From a virus (taxonomy: Duplodnaviria > Caudoviricetes): DNA of 57,921 bases. The position numbers and the translations under genes are program-made. Below, piece by piece: positions 1-9,200 of this stretch. Each line of letters begins with the position of its first letter. The stretch's first letter is position 1. The notes below the pieces were generated by a model. It saw only the letters and a list, made by a program, of their open reading frames with translations, searched no databases and had not been told where the DNA came from. The stretch lies in the IMG/VR virus record IMGVR_UViG_3300049172_000141, positions 1 to 57,921 of that record; one strand, given 5' to 3'.

Positions 1-72
1 GGGCCGCAGAGAGCGGTCCCCGTAGCCGTCGAACGAGTTCTGACGGAACTGCTGCGGGTTGAACTCCGGCAT
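1..72 (-). CDS. Hypothetical phage protein, N-terminal part only (MPEFNPQQFRQNSF...)
   Basis: ATG at 72 preceded by GGAGGTGA RBS; frame open to window edge. Confidence 0.55.
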   Translation of the reverse strand, partial: MPEFNPQQFRQNSFDGYGDRSLRP

Positions 73-75
73 GGG

Positions 76-267
76 TCACCTCCCTGTGGTGGCTCCGTGG
101 GCAAACTCGGCGGTGGCTGTGCGGTCGTGGGGTGGAGCGGTGGCCGCGGTGCGGCCCGGGGTAGCTGGCGGTGCCGGAGCGAGGGAGCCGTCCACGGACG
201 TGCCGGTCATGCGGATGGCGCTGCGGAAATCGGCCAGTGGGCTGGGTGAGGTGACGGCGGTGCTCAT
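76..267 (-). CDS. Small low-complexity hypothetical protein (MSTAVTSPSP...)
   Basis: ATGA overlap with upstream ORF at 264-267. Confidence 0.5.
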   Translation of the reverse strand: MSTAVTSPSPLADFRSAIRMTGTSVDGSLAPAPPATPGRTAATAPPHDRTATAEFAHGATTGR

Positions 268-512
268 GAGCGCAACCACCCCGACTGGTCGCCCGGCGGA
301 GGCGGTGGTGCGGAGGACTGGTTGGGCTTGTCGGAAGAGGCCGCGCGGACGCCGGTGTTGGCGAATTGGGCGGCGGACAGCAGGCGGCTTCCGGAGCTGG
401 CGCTGGTGGTGCCGGCGCTGATGGCTCCGCTCGATGCGGCGGAGGTGACGGCGGTGCGTCCAGCCGTCGACACCCCTACCCGGGCGGCGACGCCAGCGAG
501 GAGAGGCCACAT
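264..512 (-). CDS. Small Ser/Ala-rich hypothetical protein
   Basis: Tightly packed with neighbours; ORF track 82 aa. Confidence 0.5.
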   Translation of the reverse strand: MWPLLAGVAARVGVSTAGRTAVTSAASSGAISAGTTSASSGSRLLSAAQFANTGVRAASSDKPNQSSAPPPPPGDQSGWLRS

Positions 513-515
513 GGT

Positions 516-884
516 TCAGCCCCGCTTCCCGGTGGCGGCGCCTCCGCGGAATGCCTCCTGGCTGCCGAACGCGGACGGCATGCGGTAGCGGCCGGTGGTG
601 GCGCAGCAGGAGCAGCCGGGGCCGTGCAGGGAGCGCTTGATCTGTACGACGCCGGCCGGGCCGAAGGTCTCGGCCGCAGAAGTGGTGCGGTGCGGGCGGT
701 GGGTGTTGCGGCCGTATTCGTTGCCGCCGGACTTGGACAGGCCCTGGCGGCTGGTGCTCTGGCCGCCCTCGGGGCGGACCCAGGTCACCCGATGCAGCTC
801 ATCGCCCATGGTGGGGAACTGACCCGTGGACAGCGGGCCGCCGAGGTTGGTCCTTCCTCGGTTGGGGGGAGTCCAGTGCGTCAT
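516..884 (-). CDS. Hypothetical phage protein
   Basis: GGAGG RBS before ATG at 884; 122 aa. Confidence 0.55.
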   Translation of the reverse strand: MTHWTPPNRGRTNLGGPLSTGQFPTMGDELHRVTWVRPEGGQSTSRQGLSKSGGNEYGRNTHRPHRTTSAAETFGPAGVVQIKRSLHGPGCSCCATTGRYRMPSAFGSQEAFRGGAATGKRG

Positions 885-1001
885 GTCTTCCTCCGCGCGG
901 CATGTGCGTGGCCCTCGGAAGTCAGAACATGATCAATGTGCGAGTCAGAAGTGAGCGGGCCTGATGGGGCGAGTTTAGGTCTCGGGATTTTCTGCCGATA
1001 T

Positions 1002-1289
1002 TCAGGTGCCCATCACGCGGATCGCGATGCCGAGGATCTCACCTTCCTGTGTCTTGCTGCGGAAAAAGGTGATCTCCTCGATCAACTTGGTTCCGAACGA
1101 GGACACGAAGGACTGGGCGATGGGGATAGCCTTCACGGCCTGGTTGATAGCGCCGGCGCCGACGGCCTTGAGGACTACCTGATTGCCGGACTTGATCGCG
1201 TGGGCAATTGCGGAGCCGAGTTCCGGAGGAGGAGTGACGCTCTTGACTCGGAACTCCTTCTCCTTCACTGCTGCGGGCTGAGTCTGCAC
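1002..1289 (-). CDS. spoVS: SpoVS-family (Alba-like fold) protein
   Basis: Motif AVGAGAINQAVKAIPIAQSFV matches SpoVS AIGAGAxNQAVKAxAIARGFV; 95 aa. Confidence 0.85.
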   Translation of the reverse strand: MQTQPAAVKEKEFRVKSVTPPPELGSAIAHAIKSGNQVVLKAVGAGAINQAVKAIPIAQSFVSSFGTKLIEEITFFRSKTQEGEILGIAIRVMGT

Positions 1290-1353
1290 GACAAATACGC
1301 TCCCTGCATTTTGAGCTGATGCAGGGAGCGTATGGCGGAGGAATTACCGTGTG

Positions 1354-1929
1354 TTATGCGGGTTGCTTGGTGCGTGACTTCCCCGGTCGGCGGATGGTGT
1401 CCAATACCTCCTGCTGGAACTTCAGCTCCGGCGGCTCGGGATCGGCCAGGGCCTGCGCGATTCGCGCGAGGGTGTAGGCGTCGGCTGCGTCGTGGTTGGC
1501 GGCCTGGTGCTGCCAGCGCATGTACACCGACAGCAGGATCTTGTCCTTGTCGGCGCGGCCGGAGCCGGTCACGTACTTTTTCACCGTCGCCGGAGCGACC
1601 GCGTGGATACGGCGCTGGACATGGTCGGGGAAGACCTCGGCCAGGGCGAGCTTCATTGCCGCGCCCAGCTCGCCCAGCTCCTCGCGCCGGAACTTGGCGC
1701 CGTAGGCGTAACCCTCGTAGCAGATGTGGGTGATCTGCCCGAGGACGCTGACCCGCTCGAAGTGCACGGACAGCGTCTGGTGCACGTGCTGGATACGCTC
1801 GATGCCAGTGCCGGCGACCTTGGGGGAAAAGTCGTAGACGGTCTCCGTCGCCGTGCCGTCGGTGGCGTTGTAGTGGACGATCGCGCAGCCGGTGTACGAC
1901 TGGTCGATGCCGATGGAGATCCGCGGCAT
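1354..1929 (-). CDS. RuvC-like Holliday junction resolvase
   Basis: IGIDQS, YEGYAY, KKYVTGSGRADK, HDAADAY RuvC motifs; start moved to ATG 1929. Confidence 0.8.
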   Translation of the reverse strand: MPRISIGIDQSYTGCAIVHYNATDGTATETVYDFSPKVAGTGIERIQHVHQTLSVHFERVSVLGQITHICYEGYAYGAKFRREELGELGAAMKLALAEVFPDHVQRRIHAVAPATVKKYVTGSGRADKDKILLSVYMRWQHQAANHDAADAYTLARIAQALADPEPPELKFQQEVLDTIRRPGKSRTKQPA

Positions 1930-2396
1930 CAGAGCCCCCACTTGCTGTAGCGGGTGTCGGCCTGGCTGTTTTGCCGACGGGACAGGTCGCGCGAGCAGAA
2001 CTGGGCGCGGGCCTCGGCATTCTTGTGCACCATCTCCAGGCCCTCGGCGAGCGCGAGGGCGTTGAGGTGGCGCTTGTCGTCCTCTTGGACCTGGGTGTCG
2101 GCCGCGGCGGCGGCCTTGCGGCCGGCCACGGTCTTCTCCGTGGACGCGGCGAGCGCTGCGCGGGCTGTGGAGTAGTCGAGGTTCTGCTTGGCGGCGCGGA
2201 CGTTGGTGCGGGCGTCCACCAGGCGCATGGCAGCGTAAGCGGTCCAGCTCACGTACTCGCCGTAGAGCGTCATGAGCTGGCGGTCGTCGAGGGAGGTGAT
2301 GTCCGCGGGGAGCTGTGGCATGAAGCCGTCCGGCTTCTCCTCTTTCTCGAAGCCGAGCTTCTCCAGCTTTTCCCACAGGTCGTCGGCGGCACTCAC
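1929..2396 (-). CDS. Coiled-coil protein, possibly UvsY-like recombination mediator
   Basis: GTGA overlap at 2393-2396; helical protein within recombination cluster; function inferred. Confidence 0.55.
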   Translation of the reverse strand: MSAADDLWEKLEKLGFEKEEKPDGFMPQLPADITSLDDRQLMTLYGEYVSWTAYAAMRLVDARTNVRAAKQNLDYSTARAALAASTEKTVAGRKAAAAADTQVQEDDKRHLNALALAEGLEMVHKNAEARAQFCSRDLSRRQNSQADTRYSKWGL

Positions 2397-3301
2397 TTGT
2401 CGTTCTCCTTGAATTCCAGGCAGGAGGGGCAGCCGGAGCGGCCGTTGACGTTGCAGAACGGGGCGGTGTCGGCCTGGAGGCAGTCGACGATTGCGGCAGC
2501 GGCTTCGATGAGCGGCTCGGAGAAGCTCTCGTCGTACGTGACCGTGAAGGACTTCGTCTCCTGGGTGGATTTGAAGTCGTAGAAGAAGACGGTCCGTTCG
2601 GCCGGCAGATCCTCGAAGTGGTTCGCGAGGTACATGTAGAGCTGGACCTGTCGGACCGCGGTGGGTAGCGGTCGGCGAAAGTCCCGCCACAGCCGGGTCA
2701 GGTCGGGAAGGCGGCCGTGTTCGGTCTCCACCGTGTACCGGTCAAGGAACTCCGGGCGCTCGTAGCGCAATGAGCCCAGGCCGAGGGTCTTGATCTCGAT
2801 GAGGGCGGTGTCCTCGGGGCTGTAGCCGTCGGCCTTGCCGCCGATGCGCAGCGGGTCAGCGTTGAGGGGGACTTCGGCGTACTCCAGGCAGGAGGGCGGC
2901 GCCCCGCAGGTATGGCATTCGGCCGGCGTGGTGTCGTTCCAGAAGACGTCGCCGCAGTACCAGCACTTCCAGTCACCGGCCAGGCGGCCCATCTCGGTAA
3001 GCCAGCGCTGCCACTTCGAGTGCGTCCGGTGACCTTCCTCGAAGATGTTCTCCCGGGTGAAGGTCGTCTTGGCCTTCTCGGCGGGCTCGACTTGAAGGCG
3101 CAACCGGTGGAACGCGGCGAGATGGCACCAGTCGGACTTGACCATTTCGCTGGGGTGGATGACGTCCTGGGGCCGGCCGGAGGGCTTGGCGGCCTGCTCC
3201 AACACGTGCTTTTGCAAGTCGCCGAAGAGGGGCTCGATGCTCTTGGTGGCATTGAGATATTCGGTGAGGCGGGGACCGCCCTTTACGACGCGTGGGGCCA
3301 C
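2393..3301 (-). CDS. Cas4-like PD-(D/E)XK exonuclease with Zn-ribbon insert
   Basis: GKADG...IEIKT and QVQLY motifs; N-terminal Cys plus C-terminal CxxxxxxxCxxC; internal CWYC/CHTC; GTG start with GGAG. Confidence 0.75.
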   Translation of the reverse strand: MAPRVVKGGPRLTEYLNATKSIEPLFGDLQKHVLEQAAKPSGRPQDVIHPSEMVKSDWCHLAAFHRLRLQVEPAEKAKTTFTRENIFEEGHRTHSKWQRWLTEMGRLAGDWKCWYCGDVFWNDTTPAECHTCGAPPSCLEYAEVPLNADPLRIGGKADGYSPEDTALIEIKTLGLGSLRYERPEFLDRYTVETEHGRLPDLTRLWRDFRRPLPTAVRQVQLYMYLANHFEDLPAERTVFFYDFKSTQETKSFTVTYDESFSEPLIEAAAAIVDCLQADTAPFCNVNGRSGCPSCLEFKENDK

Positions 3302-3648
3302 TGGTTCTCCTGCTGATCGGGTGTGACTTCGTCGCTGGGCGGATGCCAGGTCCAGCGTTCGGGCATGGCCGGATAGCGCATGCGCAGGGCGAGCCGGTCT
3401 TCTGGGGTCATCCCGCCCCAAACGCCGTAGTTCTCGCGGTTGACCATGGCGACGTGCAGGCATTCGGCGCGGCGCGGGCAAGTAACCCCGTCCCAGGTGC
3501 CGTTGCACACGTCGAGGGCGAGGCTCTCGTCGGAGAAGAAAACGTCACGGCTGCGAGTAGGGGAAAGGGATTCGTCGCGGCATTTGGCCTCCCCGCGGTG
3601 GTGCTTGGGGGACCAGTCCGGTGCGTGGATGACGGCGCGGATTCCCAT
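3283..3648 (-). CDS. WhiB-family Fe-S transcription factor
   Basis: Four Cys and GVWGGMT motif. Confidence 0.85.
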   Translation of the reverse strand: MGIRAVIHAPDWSPKHHRGEAKCRDESLSPTRSRDVFFSDESLALDVCNGTWDGVTCPRRAECLHVAMVNRENYGVWGGMTPEDRLALRMRYPAMPERWTWHPPSDEVTPDQQENQWPHAS

Positions 3649-3962
3649 CAGGCATCCGCCTCCAGTTCAAGGAACCGCAGGAAGTTCTCTTCCGAGATGA
3701 CAACCCAGTTCCGGCCGCACATTTCGACCGCGAAGGCCATCTCCCGCATGTCGAGGAGGGCGTTCCTCTCGGCGCTCAGCAAATCCCGGTTGGTCAGGGC
3801 GAAACGGGCAGCCTGAGTGGTCTTGCACTCGATGGACCACTTAGAGTTCCGGACGTCGTTTTTCACCGCCCACCCGTTTCCGGAACCGGCCGTGGTTGTG
3901 CCACCGACCTTGCGGGCGAGACGTTTTTCCTGATCGCGGGAGGCTTTAAGTCGGCGGTCCAT
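3648..3962 (-). CDS. Hjc-like PD-(D/E)XK resolvase/endonuclease
   Basis: QEKRLA...GSG...ND...IECKTT motif. Confidence 0.7.
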   Translation of the reverse strand: MDRRLKASRDQEKRLARKVGGTTTAGSGNGWAVKNDVRNSKWSIECKTTQAARFALTNRDLLSAERNALLDMREMAFAVEMCGRNWVVISEENFLRFLELEADA

Positions 3963-5008
3963 CACGCCGCACCGGGTTGGACCAGGGCCAGGACGTCCGC
4001 AGCGAGCTGCTCCTGAAGGTCGATGTCCTCCAGGAAGGAGGCCCGCATCTTCTTCTCGCCGTGCCACTGGTGGCCGCCGTACTTGTACCAGGCCCCTTCG
4101 AGCTTGATCAGGCCGTACAGGACGCCCATGGTGACCATCTCGGCCGCGGTGTCGTAGTCGCCCTTGCGGATGCCGGTTGCGGAATCAGCGAAGAAGAAGC
4201 GGATGGAGGACACCTGCTGAGGGGCCGCACTCTTGCTCTTGATCGTCTTGAGCTTGATGACCTGGCCCACGCGCAGGCTGCCGCCGCCGGGCCGCTTCTC
4301 GTCGATCCACTCCGTGCGGGAAGCCTCAAGGCGGGTGTAGTAGGCGTAGTTCTTCGCCTTCCCACCAGGGGAGGTCTTCGGGGTCATGCCGGCCGGGCTC
4401 CAGCCGCCGATCTGGTCCCGCCACTGGTTGATGATCAGCGCCAGCAGGGGCCGTTCGTTCTCGACCAGGCTGCGGCGGGTGACGGAGCCGACCTTGCGGA
4501 AGAACTTGCCCGTGACCCTCGCGCCGGCGGAAATGGTGGCCTGGTCCATGTCCTTCTCGGCCTCGTCGTCAGCGACCAGGGCCGGGTAGGAATCCAGCAC
4601 CACCGCGTCGAATGCACGGGACTCCGCCGCATTCAGCATGGCGGTGTAGGCGTCCTCCATGGCATTCGTGGAGTAGACCGCAACCCGGTCGACGTCCACG
4701 CCGAGGGTGGAGGCCCATTCGATGTCGTAGTGCTCTGCGGCTACCCAGAACGTCTGGAATTCCGGGTCGAGCCGCTGGTTCGCTGCGATCGTCTTGTGAA
4801 CGATCGTTGTCTTCCCCGAGCTTTCGGCGCCGAGGATCTCATTCCATTGGTTGGCCGGCCAGCCCCCTCCCAACATGACGTCGAGGGAGAGGGAGCCGGT
4901 CGTGAAGCGCGAGACGGTGGGCATTGTCGAGGCGACAATGACCGAGCCGGGGCCGTGTTTCTTATTGATCTGCGCCATGACGGCGCGGGCCTCATCGCTG
5001 AGCGGCAT
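3962..5008 (-). CDS. recA: RecA-like recombinase
   Basis: TGSLSLDVMLGGG, Walker A GAESSGKT, VVLDS, IINQWR, PGGKA. Confidence 0.92.
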   Translation of the reverse strand: MPLSDEARAVMAQINKKHGPGSVIVASTMPTVSRFTTGSLSLDVMLGGGWPANQWNEILGAESSGKTTIVHKTIAANQRLDPEFQTFWVAAEHYDIEWASTLGVDVDRVAVYSTNAMEDAYTAMLNAAESRAFDAVVLDSYPALVADDEAEKDMDQATISAGARVTGKFFRKVGSVTRRSLVENERPLLALIINQWRDQIGGWSPAGMTPKTSPGGKAKNYAYYTRLEASRTEWIDEKRPGGGSLRVGQVIKLKTIKSKSAAPQQVSSIRFFFADSATGIRKGDYDTAAEMVTMGVLYGLIKLEGAWYKYGGHQWHGEKKMRASFLEDIDLQEQLAADVLALVQPGAA

Positions 5009-5012
5009 ACGA

Positions 5013-5051
5013 TGACCGTATGGACCGAAAAAATCACCGCACAGCGCCAAA
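5013..5051 (-). promoter_or_regulatory. Putative early promoter (GCGGTGATTTTTTCGG...TACGGT); recA probably leaderless
   Basis: Near-identical motif at 9721-9760; TACGGT ends 6 nt before the ATG. Confidence 0.55.
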
Positions 5052-5071
5052 TGGGTGAGGCATTTTTCTAT

Positions 5072-5215
5072 TTACGGGCAGCCCGCAGGTTCGTCGTCCG
5101 TTCCGAGGCACTGGTAGTCCCGCGGATTGCTCGCGGTGTCCACGGCTGACCAGACGCAAAGGACGGCTCCTGCGGTGAAACAAACGATGGCGCAGACGAG
5201 GAGAATGCGGCTCAC
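5072..5215 (-). CDS. Small membrane protein
   Basis: GTGA overlap; hydrophobic N-terminus ILLVCAIVCFTAGAVLCVW. Confidence 0.5.
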   Translation of the reverse strand: MSRILLVCAIVCFTAGAVLCVWSAVDTASNPRDYQCLGTDDEPAGCP

Positions 5216-5622
5216 ATCCGCCCCACAATGAGGTCGGGCCGGTAGCCGGCCCCCTTCGCCTGGTGCAGTGAAGCCTTCGTCGGTGCGTCCTTGTTGGAGA
5301 TGGCCACGCCTTGGGTGCTGTTCTGCACCGGGTAGTGGCAGTCGTTGCAGATGAACTGAGTGTTGGGCGTGGGGCGCCAGTAGTCTTCGCTCCCGCACGA
5401 GGGGCACCGCTCGGTGGACTTGGCGGACTGGGCCTTGTCCGTGCGGTAGACGCCCTGCTGGGGCTGCACGGACTGCTGGGGCTGTGCGGGGGCCTGCGGT
5501 GCGCCGTAGGTGGGGTGGGCCCACCAGGGCGTGCCCGAGGACGTGAGGCCGGCCTGGGGGGCGGCCGGCTCCGGCGCTCCGCCCGTCTCGCGGAGCTTGT
5601 TGAGCCAGAAGTCGGAGGTCAT
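5212..5622 (-). CDS. Zn-ribbon protein
   Basis: CPSC...CNDC; ATGA overlap at 5619-5622. Confidence 0.65.
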   Translation of the reverse strand: MTSDFWLNKLRETGGAPEPAAPQAGLTSSGTPWWAHPTYGAPQAPAQPQQSVQPQQGVYRTDKAQSAKSTERCPSCGSEDYWRPTPNTQFICNDCHYPVQNSTQGVAISNKDAPTKASLHQAKGAGYRPDLIVGRM

Positions 5623-5993
5623 CTCGTAACTCCCAGGGTGCCGTTTTCGAGGAGATGGCCGATGACGGTGGCGGCGGCTGTGCGACTGAGGACCGTGAAC
5701 ATGGCTCGCTCCGGGTCGTCCTCGTCCGCTTCGTCGTCCTCGTCGTCGCGATTCAGGCGGACGAGGCGGTAGAGCACGTCTGCCGCGATATCCGCGTAGG
5801 TGAAGACCGGGCCCGCTACCGTGTTGAACTCTTCGATCCGCATGTGCGACTTGTAGTGCTCGATCTGGTCCACGTCGGGGCCGGCGGGCACCATGCCAAG
5901 CATCCGGCACACTTCGTGGTAGTCGCTGCACGCGACAACGTCGCGGAGCATTCCGCGGAAGATGGCCGGTGCTTCGGAGATTTGGGTCGGCAT
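5619..5993 (-). CDS. Hypothetical protein
   Basis: Packed ORF; TACCCT 6 nt upstream of ATG 5993. Confidence 0.6.
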   Translation of the reverse strand: MPTQISEAPAIFRGMLRDVVACSDYHEVCRMLGMVPAGPDVDQIEHYKSHMRIEEFNTVAGPVFTYADIAADVLYRLVRLNRDDEDDEADEDDPERAMFTVLSRTAAATVIGHLLENGTLGVTR

Positions 5994-6015
5994 GATGCCA
6001 GGGTAGATCGAATGA

Positions 6016-7899
6016 TTATTTCGCTTCACTCCAGCGATTGCAGATTTTCACGTCCGTGGTAACGGGCACGGAAAGGAGCTGCATCTCGGGGCCGGCCATC
6101 GCATCGTGCAGCACCTTGGCGCCCTCCTCTGCGATGCCTGCCGGGCACATGGCAGCGATTTCGTCGTGCACGGTGAGCAGAATCTGCATGTCCGGCAGCA
6201 AGTTCTTGTGCAGGCGGGTGAGGGCGAGCTTGGTCATGTCGGCGTTGCTGCCCTGAATGTGGGAGTTGACGACCTGCCTCTCAGCCTTTCCCCGGCGGGC
6301 GTGGTCGTGGCTGAGAAGGTCGGGCAGGCGCCGCTTACGGCCCAGCAGGGTGCGCAGATACGGCTCCGGCCGACGGGAGCGGACGGTGCGCAGCAGTTTC
6401 CGCTTGTAGGCGTAGACCTCAGGGAACTGCTTCTCGTGCTCGGCCAGGATCTGCTTCGCGCGGCGCAAGGTGGTGTGGGACATGTCGGCCACTTTCTGAG
6501 GGCCGGCGCCGTAGTTGATGGCAAACGCAATCGCCTTGGCCACCTGCCGCATCTGCTTGGTGACGTCCTCGGGGGCTACACCGAATACCGCCGCCGCGGT
6601 AGCGGTGTGGGCGTCCACCCCGTCCCAAAACCCTTGCCACAAGGCGCCCTTGCCAGCGAAGTGCGCCAAAATCCGCTGCTCGATCTGGGCGTAGTCGGCG
6701 ACCAGGAGCACGAACCCTTCGAGTGGGTCGATGAGGTCGCGAATGGCCTTGCCCCACTCGGTGTCTGCCCTCGGCCAGTTCTGCACGTTCGGCTTGGAGG
6801 ATGAGAATCGTCCGGTGACGGTCCCGTACTGCTTGAGGATCGGATAAATACGGCCGCCGAAAATCTGTGTCGGCTTGTCGTCCTCCGGGTTTCCCAAGTA
6901 GCCCTCCACGTACGTGGAGAGGATTTTCGAGACTTCCTGGTAGGACAGGATCGCGTCGACCACGGCATTGCGGCCCTTGTACGGCTCCAGGGCCTCGGCG
7001 TCGGTACTCGGGGCGCCCTTTTTCGTGAGCTTGCGGGGGCGCAACCCCTGCTCCTCGTAGAGGATCTTCTGCTTCTGCGGGGTGGAGCCGATGTTGAAGA
7101 CCCTGCCGGCCGCGCGGTAGACGCCGGCCTCGCACTCGGTCATGCGCTCGCGCAGCGATGCGCGGAGCTGTTCCAGGGCCATGATGTCGACCGGGACGCC
7201 GGCCGAGCCCATGTGGAGGACGCAGGCAAGGACGTCCATCTCCAGGGCCCACATGTCCTCCAGACCCTCGGCGGTGATGCCCGGCCGGATGTGGAGCCAC
7301 TGGAGCCAGGTGGAAGCCGCGTCCATGTAGGCGTAGTCGGCGACCGTGCCGAAGCCGTGCTTCTCGATGCACCGGCCGACTTCCTCGGTGTCGTAGACGA
7401 GGTTCCAGCGCTCTTTGTCGAGGGGCTTGAGGCCGATGGGCCGGTTCTCGTTGAGCATCCACGCGCCGACGATGGTGTCCCCGTACGGCGGGGGCGGGTA
7501 GGCGCCCTTGTAGTACTTCGCGACGCTCAAGAGGTCGAAGGGGGCGTTGTGGGCCACCTTCATCCGCTCGGAGAACAGCAGCTCCTCCAGGGCGTCGAAC
7601 ACCACGGAGGGCCGGAGCTGGGGCGGCGGTTCCTCCCACTGTGCAGGGAGGTGCTCCCACTCGCCGGTGCGTTTGTTTTTTCGCCGGGTCGCCTTCCGGA
7701 GCAGGTTGTATCCGTTGGGATGCCCCATCGGGATGACGACCGTGCGGCCGTTGGTGGCCAACGAAATCCACACGACGTCGTTGACGGCGGGCACGCCGCG
7801 GTGTTCGCCGGTGGTTTCGACGTCGAACGCGAAGCCGTCCTGTGCCTTGAAGTGGCTTACGGCATCCGCGAGTTGAACAGTGTCGGTGATGAGCTGCAC
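6016..7899 (-). CDS. Family A DNA polymerase (3'-5' exonuclease plus polymerase, no 5' nuclease)
   Basis: FDVETTG exo I, TVTGRFSS, ADYAQIEQR motif A, RQVAKAIAFAINYG motif B, TVHDEI motif C. Confidence 0.95.
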   Translation of the reverse strand: MQLITDTVQLADAVSHFKAQDGFAFDVETTGEHRGVPAVNDVVWISLATNGRTVVIPMGHPNGYNLLRKATRRKNKRTGEWEHLPAQWEEPPPQLRPSVVFDALEELLFSERMKVAHNAPFDLLSVAKYYKGAYPPPPYGDTIVGAWMLNENRPIGLKPLDKERWNLVYDTEEVGRCIEKHGFGTVADYAYMDAASTWLQWLHIRPGITAEGLEDMWALEMDVLACVLHMGSAGVPVDIMALEQLRASLRERMTECEAGVYRAAGRVFNIGSTPQKQKILYEEQGLRPRKLTKKGAPSTDAEALEPYKGRNAVVDAILSYQEVSKILSTYVEGYLGNPEDDKPTQIFGGRIYPILKQYGTVTGRFSSSKPNVQNWPRADTEWGKAIRDLIDPLEGFVLLVADYAQIEQRILAHFAGKGALWQGFWDGVDAHTATAAAVFGVAPEDVTKQMRQVAKAIAFAINYGAGPQKVADMSHTTLRRAKQILAEHEKQFPEVYAYKRKLLRTVRSRRPEPYLRTLLGRKRRLPDLLSHDHARRGKAERQVVNSHIQGSNADMTKLALTRLHKNLLPDMQILLTVHDEIAAMCPAGIAEEGAKVLHDAMAGPEMQLLSVPVTTDVKICNRWSEAK

Positions 7900-7929
7900 G
7901 AGAACCCCGGGCCGGTGAGGAGACGGGAA

Positions 7930-7972
7930 AGCCCGCGCCGGCGGAGCGTGGGGGGTAGCGCCGGCGCGGGCT
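7930..7972 (-). terminator. GC-rich stem-loop after SSB gene
   Basis: 14-bp inverted repeat agcccgcgccggcg / cgccggcgcgggct. Confidence 0.55.
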
Positions 7973-7994
7973 GCTTGCGGGGCTGGAATGGCCG

Positions 7995-8738
7995 TCAGGC
8001 GTCGTCCATGAGCAGGCGGACGATCTCTTCCATGGCCTCCTCGTCGAGCGCCTCCTTCACCTTGTCGCCGTACTCGTGGCACTCGGCCTGGAACTGCCGC
8101 AGGGCCTCTGCGTCGAGCGGGGCGACGTTGTACTCCTCATCGAGGTCGCGTTCTTTGACCCGCTCCAGGGTGTATTCGACGCTCTTCTTCTTGGTCTCCT
8201 TGCGGATCGTGAAGTAGAGGTCGGGCCGGTTGAGAGGGCCGCGCTTTTCGTCACCGGCGATTTCCTTGAGCTGCCGGGCGATCTTGATCCCGACGTCCCA
8301 GACCTTCATGACCGGGTACTCCGGGTCTTCCAGCGAGACGACGTCGAAGCAAGCGCTGAAACGCTTCGCCTTGTCGCCGATCGCGCACAGCGGGCAGTCC
8401 GGAGTTCCCCAGCAGCGGACGGACTTGGAGCCGTCCTCGATCTCGTCGATCCAGTGCGACGCGAAGACGTCGAAAGGCCCGTCGCCGAGGATCTTGATGA
8501 CCATGCGGTTTTCGTTGACCTTGAGGTAGAGATCCCCGCCGCCGGCCGCGGAGGCGACCTTGTCGACGTCGTCCCAGCCGGCCTGGTGCGTGGGTGCGCT
8601 GCCTGTCTTCACGACGCGTCCGGTGATGGCCTCGCGGCGGGTAATGGTGCCGTCCGTGCGGCCGTTGTCGAATCCCTCCTGCTCGGCCTTGCGGATGGGG
8701 AGGGAGCGGCGGCGTCCGTAGGTGCGTGTTTCGGGCAT
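7995..8738 (-). CDS. T4 gp32-like single-stranded DNA-binding protein
   Basis: HW...CWGTPDCPLC Zn site, acidic C-terminus, adjacent to polymerase. Confidence 0.7.
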   Translation of the reverse strand: MPETRTYGRRRSLPIRKAEQEGFDNGRTDGTITRREAITGRVVKTGSAPTHQAGWDDVDKVASAAGGGDLYLKVNENRMVIKILGDGPFDVFASHWIDEIEDGSKSVRCWGTPDCPLCAIGDKAKRFSACFDVVSLEDPEYPVMKVWDVGIKIARQLKEIAGDEKRGPLNRPDLYFTIRKETKKKSVEYTLERVKERDLDEEYNVAPLDAEALRQFQAECHEYGDKVKEALDEEAMEEIVRLLMDDA

Positions 8739-8741
8739 GAG

Positions 8742-9200
8742 TCAGCTCCAGTCGTGAATGGGTTCAGGCAGGACGGCGCGCGTCTGCCGGAACAGTTCGT
8801 GGCAGCGGTCCGGGAATTGGGTGTGGGAGATGAAACGCCTGGACCCGGAAAGGACGCCCTCTTCGTAGGCGATGGCGACGACGCCTTCGATTTGCCGACG
8901 GGTGTAGAGGCGCCGCCGGCCGTTCTTGGATTCGCCGTTGTAGATCCAGGTCGCAGACGGAAACAGCGGGGGGACGCTGGATTCCCACTTGTAGATCGTC
9001 TTCGTGGACCGGCCGAGCGCGTTGGCCAAGTGGCTGATCGCGAAGAATTCGCGGTAGAAGCCGCTGATTTTCTTGTAGACCGGGTCTTCGTCCCAGCGAA
9101 CCACCGCCCCGACGCTCGGGGTTTGGACGGGGTGGGGGACGCCGAGGGGACGGGCGGTTCCGGGGTAGACGTCGAGCGGCTTTCGCTGCGGGTGAATCAT
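8742..9200 (-). CDS. MerR-like HTH DNA-binding protein
   Basis: ISHLANALGRSTKTIYKWE...GRRRLYT. Confidence 0.7.
   Translation of the reverse strand: MIHPQRKPLDVYPGTARPLGVPHPVQTPSVGAVVRWDEDPVYKKISGFYREFFAISHLANALGRSTKTIYKWESSVPPLFPSATWIYNGESKNGRRRLYTRRQIEGVVAIAYEEGVLSGSRRFISHTQFPDRCHELFRQTRAVLPEPIHDWS

Noticed and set aside
2393-3301. Cas4-like gene as sign of a CRISPR-Cas system
   Set aside because: No repeat-spacer array or other cas genes seen; solo Cas4-like nucleases are common in phage recombination modules.
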